From positions 55,275 to 119,274 of the forward strand of contig CAYWPR010000010.1 of the NCBI GenBank assembly GCA_964460115.1: a DNA stretch of 64,000 bases, written 5' to 3'. Origin of the DNA: an uncultured Myxococcales bacterium. Lineage in GTDB: Bacteria > Myxococcota_A > Polyangia > Palsa-1104 > JAEUJZ01. Shown here piece after piece: positions 58,399 to 64,000 of the stretch. Made by a program: the position numbers and the translations under genes. The first letter of the stretch is position 1, and every line of letters starts with the position of its first letter. The notes under the pieces were generated by a model that had not been told where the DNA came from, did not search any database, and saw nothing but the letters and a program-made list of their open reading frames with translations.

Positions 58399-58414
58399 TG
58401 CAGGGATTGTGCCA
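58399..58414 (-). promoter_or_regulatory. Sigma-54 promoter TGGCAC-AATCC-CTGCA (minus strand) upstream of the RND efflux operon.
   Basis: The reverse complement of 58399-58414 is TGGCACAATCCCTGCA, with GG/GC at the canonical spacing. It sits between the NtrC-type regulator gene and the MFP gene. Confidence 0.65.
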
Positions 58415-58454
58415 GGACGCGCGTCGAAGAAGATTTCATCAGGGTCTGCCCGGG

Positions 58455-58496
58455 CTGCGGAAAATCTCCCCAGGTTCCTGGGAAGATCTTCCGCAG
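58455..58496. promoter_or_regulatory. 42-bp imperfect palindrome (19/21 arm matches), a candidate enhancer (UAS) 40-95 bp upstream of the sigma-54 promoter.
   Basis: ctgcggaaaatctccccaggt / tcctgggaagatcttccgcag. It shares the AATCTCCCCA half-site with the palindrome at 61532-61568. Confidence 0.55.
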
Positions 58497-58532
58497 GGCG
58501 CGAGCCTTTGCGCTACAAGGTCGCAGCCGTGA

Positions 58533-59891
58533 TTACATGCGACCATAGCGCTGCAGCCGCGCCTGCAGCGTCTTGCGGTCCACGCCAAGAATGCGCGCCG
58601 CTTCGCTTTTGTTTCCGCCTACTGCATCAAGAATTGCCAGCACGTGGCGGCGCTCGACCTCGGCCAAAGGAAGGAATTCACCAGGCGCATCCGCAGTGGC
58701 AGATGTCTCGGAGGCTCCCTCGCGCAAAAGGCTCGGCAAGTCCTCGCGAGTGACCAAATGGCTGCGCGCCATGGTCACGGCGCCTTCAATGGTATTGCGC
58801 AGTTCACGCACATTGCCGGGCCAGTCGTAGCGCAAAAGATAATGCGCCACGTCGGGCGCGAATGCGTCAAGCGGCTTGCCATCGCGCTTGGCGAACTCTT
58901 GCAGGAAGCGATGCGCCAAAAGCAGGATGTCATCGCGGCGCTCGCGCAGCGGCGGCACATGAATAGAGATGACGTTTAGACGAAAAAATAGGTCGGCGCG
59001 AAAGTCGCCGCTGCGCACCGTCTGCTGCAGATTGCGGTGTGTGGCAGCCACCACTCGCACGTCGAAATTCACCTCGTGATCGCTACCGACGGGGCGTACC
59101 AGCTTCTCCTGCAATGCGCGCAAAAGCTTGGGTTGCAAAGCCAGCGACATGTCGCCGATTTCATCCAGAAAAAGCGTTCCTCCGTGCGCGCGGCGCAAAA
59201 GGCCGACGCGCGCCGCACGGGCCCCGGTAAAAGCCCCCCGCTCATGGCCAAAGAGCTCGCTTTCCAAAAGGTGGTCGGGCATCGCCGCGCAATTGATTGC
59301 GACAAAAGGTCCGCGGCTGCGCTTGCTAAGGCTGTGAATGGCGCGCGCGACGAGCTCTTTGCCGCTTCCGCTTTCGCCGGTTACTAGCACGGAAGCATCC
59401 GAGCTGCTAATTCGCTCTACAACGTCGGCAAGGCGGCGTATCTCTGGAGACACGCCGAGGATTCCCGCAAAGCCGGTTCCCGTCTCGGCGGTATGCCGCA
59501 GCCGTTCGACTTCGCGCTGGCGTTCGCTTTGCTCGGCCGCCCGTTTGAGTACGATTTCCAAAGCGTCGGTCTCAAACGGCTTGGTCAGAAAATCGTGCGC
59601 CCCGGCACGCAGCGCAGCAATCGCCGCGTCCATATCGCCAAACGCCGTCATGAGCACGACCGGCAAGTCGGGACACGCTGACGCCAGCGCCCTACACACA
59701 TCAAGTCCCGACGGACCGGGCATGCGCACATCGAGCAGGGCGACGTCAAAGGGCTCGCCGTTTTTCGCCAGCGCCAGCGCTTCATCGCCATTGCGCGCAA
59801 TCGCTACGTCGTAGCCGCGATCCGCAAGTTCGGCCTGCAGGAAGCGCAATAAATCTACGTCGTCATCCACGAGCAGTGCGCGAATTCTCAC
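58533..59891 (-). CDS. Sigma-54-dependent response regulator (NtrC family: REC + AAA+ + Fis-type HTH).
   Basis: REC (LLVDDDVDLL...DVALLDVRMPG), a sigma-54 interaction domain (GESGSGKE, GAFTGA) and a C-terminal HTH. The GTG start at 59889-59891 overlaps the HK stop as GTGA. The ORF-track ATG at 59942 would overlap the HK by 55 nt. Confidence 0.9.
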   Translation of the reverse strand: MRIRALLVDDDVDLLRFLQAELADRGYDVAIARNGDEALALAKNGEPFDVALLDVRMPGPSGLDVCRALASACPDLPVVLMTAFGDMDAAIAALRAGAHDFLTKPFETDALEIVLKRAAEQSERQREVERLRHTAETGTGFAGILGVSPEIRRLADVVERISSSDASVLVTGESGSGKELVARAIHSLSKRSRGPFVAINCAAMPDHLLESELFGHERGAFTGARAARVGLLRRAHGGTLFLDEIGDMSLALQPKLLRALQEKLVRPVGSDHEVNFDVRVVAATHRNLQQTVRSGDFRADLFFRLNVISIHVPPLRERRDDILLLAHRFLQEFAKRDGKPLDAFAPDVAHYLLRYDWPGNVRELRNTIEGAVTMARSHLVTREDLPSLLREGASETSATADAPGEFLPLAEVERRHVLAILDAVGGNKSEAARILGVDRKTLQARLQRYGRM

Positions 59892-61381
59892 ACTCCCTCC
59901 GATTTGAAATAAAGGCGCATCGTCGTCCCGTGCTCGCCGCACGGCAAAGGCTCGGCGGAGGTATGGCTGTCAAGCTCGATAAACCCCCCATGCTCTTGCA
60001 CGATCTCGTGCGTAATCGCCAGACCGAGCCCCGTGCCCTCGCTGACCGACTTCGTTGTGAAGAAGGGATCGAAAATTTGGGCGCGAATTTCCGGAGCGAT
60101 GCCGCTGCCGTTGTCGCAGACTTCCAGAACCGCCCAGCGCGTCTTTTTGGCTTCCGCGTTTTTTTCGCTGCGCGTTTCTTCTCGCACGGCAACGCGCACA
60201 AGACCATCCGCGCCGACTGCCTGCAGCGCGTTCAATGTAATGTTGGTCAACGCCTGCTCGACAAGGCCGACATGGGCGATACAACGCACATCGGTGCTGC
60301 TGGCGACTAGCTCTAGCTTCGCATTCTTCTTGCGGGCCACCGATTCCAGCCACGCCGTCACCCGCCCCGCAACATCGCCCAGGACTACAGAGCTCGGCAA
60401 GCCGCTCGGCTTGCGCGCAAAGGTCAGTAGCTGCTCGACAATGATGCGCATGCGTTCGCATTGGTTGCGAATGCTTTCGGCTTCAAAGCGAATCTCCTCG
60501 GATACGTTCGCGGACGCCGCAATGCGATTGGCCCGTCCCGAAACGATATGCAGCGGCGTTCCAAGTTCATGGGCGATTCCCGCGGCAAGCGTCCCGACCG
60601 TCGCCAACCTGTCGTTATGGCGCATGCGTTCGACGACCGCGACCCGTGCCGCCGCTTCGCTCTCGACCCGAGTCTGAAATTCTCCCAGTTGCTGCACCAT
60701 CGCATCAAGCTCCATGCTCAGCAGCGTGAGCTCAGCGCTTGATTCATTGCCGGCGCGAAAGCGGACTGCAAAGTCGCCTTTACCGACCAGGCGCGCCTTG
60801 GCGACAATGCGATTCAGCGGAGCCGAAATGAGCCGCGCCCCCAAAATGACCGCAACCGCAAGGCCGACCAGTACTGTAAGGCCGGTTTGCTGAATGAACG
60901 CCCGCATGTTTTCGCGAACCGAACTCGCTTCGCCATATAGTTCGCGGCTCATCGCGACGCCAAAGGGGACTCCGGCCTCCTTGCCGACCGAAAGCTGATC
61001 GAAAGCGACCAGCACCGGAGGGCTCGCGCGGTGGTCAATGAAGATGACCTGATGCCCCTCTTGCGCTTGCTGGCGCAGATCCAGCGGCAGACGCGCAAAA
61101 AGCTCATTTTGCGCCAGCGCATCCAAACGCACGAGGTGAAATGAGCAGTTGTCTTGACGGTCGGCTACGCGGTCAAGATAGCTTTGCAGTCCGCTTGTCC
61201 CCCTGCTACGCCACGCCAGGCTCGCCCCTTCGTCCAGCGCCGTCAGAAGCGCTTGAAGCTGCTGCGTGCGAATTTCCTCATAGCGCGCCTCGAACCGCCC
61301 CCGCTGTTCCCAGGTAATCGCCAAAATCGCCAGAATGAAAGTTCCGACAATCAGAAGCGTAAGACGGAGTGCGAGTCGCAT
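59888..61381 (-). CDS. Sensor histidine kinase (two TM helices, HAMP, HisKA, HATPase_c).
   Basis: The N-terminal TM MRLALRLTLLIVGTFILAILAI, a periplasmic loop, a second TM, H-box GIAHELGTPL, and N, G1 and G2 boxes (DNGSGI, GLGLAI). Confidence 0.9.
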   Translation of the reverse strand: MRLALRLTLLIVGTFILAILAITWEQRGRFEARYEEIRTQQLQALLTALDEGASLAWRSRGTSGLQSYLDRVADRQDNCSFHLVRLDALAQNELFARLPLDLRQQAQEGHQVIFIDHRASPPVLVAFDQLSVGKEAGVPFGVAMSRELYGEASSVRENMRAFIQQTGLTVLVGLAVAVILGARLISAPLNRIVAKARLVGKGDFAVRFRAGNESSAELTLLSMELDAMVQQLGEFQTRVESEAAARVAVVERMRHNDRLATVGTLAAGIAHELGTPLHIVSGRANRIAASANVSEEIRFEAESIRNQCERMRIIVEQLLTFARKPSGLPSSVVLGDVAGRVTAWLESVARKKNAKLELVASSTDVRCIAHVGLVEQALTNITLNALQAVGADGLVRVAVREETRSEKNAEAKKTRWAVLEVCDNGSGIAPEIRAQIFDPFFTTKSVSEGTGLGLAITHEIVQEHGGFIELDSHTSAEPLPCGEHGTTMRLYFKSEGV

Positions 61382-61474
61382 TGACGGTCATCCTCGATCC
61401 CGCAGGAGTTTGGCAAAAAGGAGCGCAGCCACGTAGCTCGGCAAGTCTTAAACTCCGCTGCACAGCATGTCATA

Positions 61475-61490
61475 TGCAAATGCTGCGCCA
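61475..61490 (-). promoter_or_regulatory. Sigma-54 promoter TGGCGC-AGCAT-TTGCA (minus strand), about 80 nt upstream of the HK start.
   Basis: The reverse complement of 61475-61490 is TGGCGCAGCATTTGCA, with GG/GC at the canonical spacing and a perfect -12 TTGCA. Confidence 0.6.
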
Positions 61491-61531
61491 TGGTTTTAAC
61501 TCTCCGTTTCGAAATAAATTGGGCGGCTTTC

Positions 61532-61568
61532 TGAGTAAGATCTCCCCATGTTGGGGAAATCTTACTCA
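61532..61568. promoter_or_regulatory. 37-bp palindrome / hairpin (17-bp arms, 1 mismatch), a candidate enhancer 45-90 bp upstream of the HK sigma-54 promoter.
   Basis: tgagtaagatctcccca-tgt-tggggaaatcttactca. It is related to the 58455-58496 palindrome. Confidence 0.55.
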
Positions 61569-62238
61569 AGTCGCGGACGCGCAGGACCGATAAATGCGCC
61601 CACTCAAATCAGGCAAGCAGCGCTGTGCAGAAATTCGGCAAGCAGCGCGACAGGAAGTTCGTCCTTTAGTACGACTTGGTCACTTTGCGGATGTCTCGAG
61701 GACGAATCCAGCCGGAGCAGATGGCGAGCGCGCCCGGAGTGACCGACCGAGCCGTAGCCGTAGCTACGGCGACCGAGGGAACGAGGACGTAAGCCGCCAG
61801 ATGCCCGGCTGGTTCGGCGGCAGTAATCCGCAAAGTGACCAAGTCGTACTAGGCGCAGTTACTTCTGCGACGGCCGAATTCGAGGGGCACAGCGCGAAGG
61901 CCAGGGCAAGCGACGTTCGTACTCACACTGCGGCATTCGAAACAAATGTTGGCAAGCGACCGTATCATCGAATGGCGAAAGGCTTTGGCTGCAAGTCGTC
62001 AGATAAATTTCTTCGCGACTCCAATCGTTTGTGTCGATTTCAATGATGGCTCGTTGCGAAAACCGGTCTTCGCCGCCTCGACCAAGGCAAACGCTGGACA
62101 CTTTTTCAGAAGCGTCCTCCGCGTTCGCCTTGCTCATACATTTATTCAGAAAGGGTCGTTTGCCATCGCAGATGGCCATTTGTTACAACTCCTAGACAAG
62201 GCATTTTAGTCCGTTTTGGTATCGAGCGGACAAGCGTT

Positions 62239-62628
62239 TTAGGGGTTTTTCGCAGCCGCGTTTTCCACCGTGATCTCGATAAACGCCGTGCTTTTTCCGA
62301 GCAGTTTGCCGAAAAAACGTCCGGCGCGACGCAAAAGGCCATACTTAGCGTTTAGCGCCGCATCGCTGCGCGCCGATTCGGACTCATCGACAAGGAGCGC
62401 TTGGCCTTCATACCAAGGTCCAAGGATTTGGCTGCCGCTGGCATTGCAAATCGCGACCCGAACGCGAGGATTTTGGCGAATGCGTTTGACTTTGTGGCTG
62501 CTCGGAGAAGTGGCCATCACCAGTTTGCCATCAAGCGGCGCGGCCCACATTGGTGTACGAACACCGCTGCCGTCTTTGCGAAACGTCTCTAAACTGACGT
62601 ACTTGCCGTGATCTAAAGGAGTGCCCAT
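62239..62628 (-). CDS. PPOX-class (pyridoxamine-5'-phosphate-oxidase-like) F420/FMN-binding split-barrel protein.
   Basis: YVSLETFRKDGSGVRTPMWAAPLDGKLVMATSPSSHKVKRIRQNPRVRVAICN fits the PPOX class F420-dependent (Rv1155-like) family pattern. Confidence 0.7.
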   Translation of the reverse strand: MGTPLDHGKYVSLETFRKDGSGVRTPMWAAPLDGKLVMATSPSSHKVKRIRQNPRVRVAICNASGSQILGPWYEGQALLVDESESARSDAALNAKYGLLRRAGRFFGKLLGKSTAFIEITVENAAAKNP

Positions 62629-63093
62629 GCACACAGCGTAGCACAGGCCTCTTCATTTCGACCACAGGTGAAGCTTCGACGAGTGATGCGGTTCTTGTTT
62701 GTGAACCGAGTCACTTTTGGCGAGGTAGGCCGAGAAAACCTGCGTTCACGCATCGAATGAAATGTCCAGGCTTTCATCTTCACCTGGACGCGCAGCGCAT
62801 GCTGGTCGCCGATTTTCGATTCTTCCGGACGGCGCGCACCTGTTTACGTGCAGTACCGGCAGAGCCAAGTTGTGGCCTCTTGATGAACAGACACCCCTAA
62901 GTGTTTTCCCATGGAAAGGATGCTGTTTCAACAAGCCGTAACGCCTGAGGGCAGCGCGGTACTTGGGAATGTGCAAGGAGAAGTCTCTTTTGTGCGCCTG
63001 GAAGGCCATTCCTCAACTCTGGCCGTGGACTGCAGCCGAAACTTTGCCGTCGTTTAGGCCTTGTCCACGGACACAAGCGAAGCAGAGAGAAGG

Positions 63094-64000
63094 CTATTTG
63101 CCGCTAGATGAAGAAGGATCCGCGGATTTACCAGCCGGTTTGCCACTCAATGCATCGGCCAGCGCCGGCACAAAGCGCGTTCCGCCGATGACTTCTTTTA
63201 AAATCTCACCGGCCTCTTTGCCGCGAAATAGGGATACCAAATTCATGTTGCGCGCGACCTCGCCAAGCAGCGCCTTGTCTCCGAGCGCGGTTAGTGCTTC
63301 CACAAGCTGCGGCTGAACGGCCGTGCGCTCTGCCACTGCGGCGCTAGATTGCGCCTGAAGCAAGCTAATCTCCAGGCCGCGCAGTCGGCTTTGGTGCTCC
63401 ACTTCTTCCTGATGCAAAGTCATATTGGCAGTGGCTTTGGCGCTTGCCTGTTTGGTCAGCGTTTCGATCTGGGCATTCACCAGCATTGCTTCGCGCGCGA
63501 TGCGCAATTGCGCTTCATGGGCTTCGCGCTCGGCCAAAAGCTTCATTTGTTCTTCGGCCAAAAGCTCGCGCTCGCGCAGCTCGGCAAGCTGCGCTTCATG
63601 TTTGAGCCGCCGCACCAAATCGGCAAGCTGCGCTTCACGCTGCCGCGCCGCCAAAGCCAATTCAAGCTGCTTTCGCTCAATGTCCGCGCGCAATTGGGCG
63701 GAAGCAAATTTCTCAGTCGCCTGACGGTCGCCAATGGCCAAGGTCACCGATTCCCGCTGCACGCTGCGCATCAGTTCGGCAATGACGCTGTCTTCGATGT
63801 CTGCTTGCAGAATTTCGACCTCGGTCACAAGCATGCTGTTTTCGGCAAAAAATCGCCCTTTGCGCCCTTCACTGCCTTCCGTTCTTGGCCCCAAAATGGT
63901 GTCACGCAGCACTTGCGAAATTTGCGGCCACAACAAAGACAGCGCCATCGTCCGCGTTTTGCTGCGCACAATCGATCGAAGATGCTCGCACATCACCTGG
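63094..64000 (-). CDS. Flotillin/SPFH-family protein, C-terminal part (its N-terminus lies beyond the window end).
   Basis: A long EA/Q/R/L-rich coiled-coil (flotillin 'EA repeat' region) followed by a GGTRFVPALADAL... C-terminus. The frame is open to nt 64000. Confidence 0.65.
   Translation of the reverse strand, partial: QVMCEHLRSIVRSKTRTMALSLLWPQISQVLRDTILGPRTEGSEGRKGRFFAENSMLVTEVEILQADIEDSVIAELMRSVQRESVTLAIGDRQATEKFASAQLRADIERKQLELALAARQREAQLADLVRRLKHEAQLAELRERELLAEEQMKLLAEREAHEAQLRIAREAMLVNAQIETLTKQASAKATANMTLHQEEVEHQSRLRGLEISLLQAQSSAAVAERTAVQPQLVEALTALGDKALLGEVARNMNLVSLFRGKEAGEILKEVIGGTRFVPALADALSGKPAGKSADPSSSSGK

Noticed and set aside
61594-62046. 150-aa plus-strand ORF.
   Set aside because: Arg/Ser-rich with no protein-like periodicity. 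It lies in a low-GC gap where both strands give similar-length marginal ORFs.
63040-63095. Inverted repeat CCGTGGAC...GTCCACGG just downstream of the flotillin stop.
   Set aside because: The loop is about 35 nt and there is no U-tract on the minus strand, so it is not a convincing intrinsic terminator.
1-64000. Search for CRISPR arrays, tRNA/rRNA genes and IS/transposase/integrase signatures.
   Set aside because: There are no regularly spaced direct repeats. The only tandem repeats are short in-frame coding repeats. There are no T-loop/acceptor-like tRNA signatures, no rRNA-like segments, and no transposase or integrase ORFs. The window appears to be stable chromosomal DNA.

Overview
This is a 64 kb, GC-rich (~60-65%) chromosomal segment that is almost entirely coding. 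It most likely comes from a Myxococcota-like deltaproteobacterium, for three reasons:
- A MYXO-CTERM-type C-terminal sorting signal on a giant secreted protease.
- Three eukaryotic-like Ser/Thr kinases, two with PEGA domains.
- Several sigma-54 promoters, an NtrC-type activator and a FIST sensor.

I found no rRNA, tRNA, CRISPR array, transposase or integrase.

Recognisable genes:
- PurD, FolD, MazG, an Asp/Glu-amidotransferase-family amidase and an NodU/CmcH carbamoyltransferase.
- An ERG2/sigma-1-receptor-like protein, which is unusual for a bacterium, plus a squalene/phytoene synthase and a lycopene-cyclase-like flavoprotein.
- An enoyl-CoA hydratase, an AI-2E exporter and a methyltransferase arranged as an operon.
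- M13 and M36 metalloproteases, an MFS transporter, two tandem MacB/FtsX permeases and a DUF2236/MpaB oxygenase.
- An RsbS-like STAS protein preceded by a truncated PAS ORF.
- A TolC-like outer-membrane protein translationally coupled to an MlaC-like lipid-binding protein.
- A complete RND efflux operon (MFP-RND-OMF) directly downstream of an HK/NtrC two-component pair.

The most concrete new observation is regulatory. I found three good sigma-54 (-24/-12) promoters. Two of them drive the HK-RR operon and the RND operon, and each lies 40-95 bp downstream of a related long palindrome containing AATCTCCCCA / TGGGGA(A/G)ATCT half-sites. That is a candidate enhancer pair for the encoded NtrC-type regulator.

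The other notable items are the bacterial ERG2-like gene sandwiched between an amidase and a carbamoyltransferase, and the TolC-MlaC coupling.
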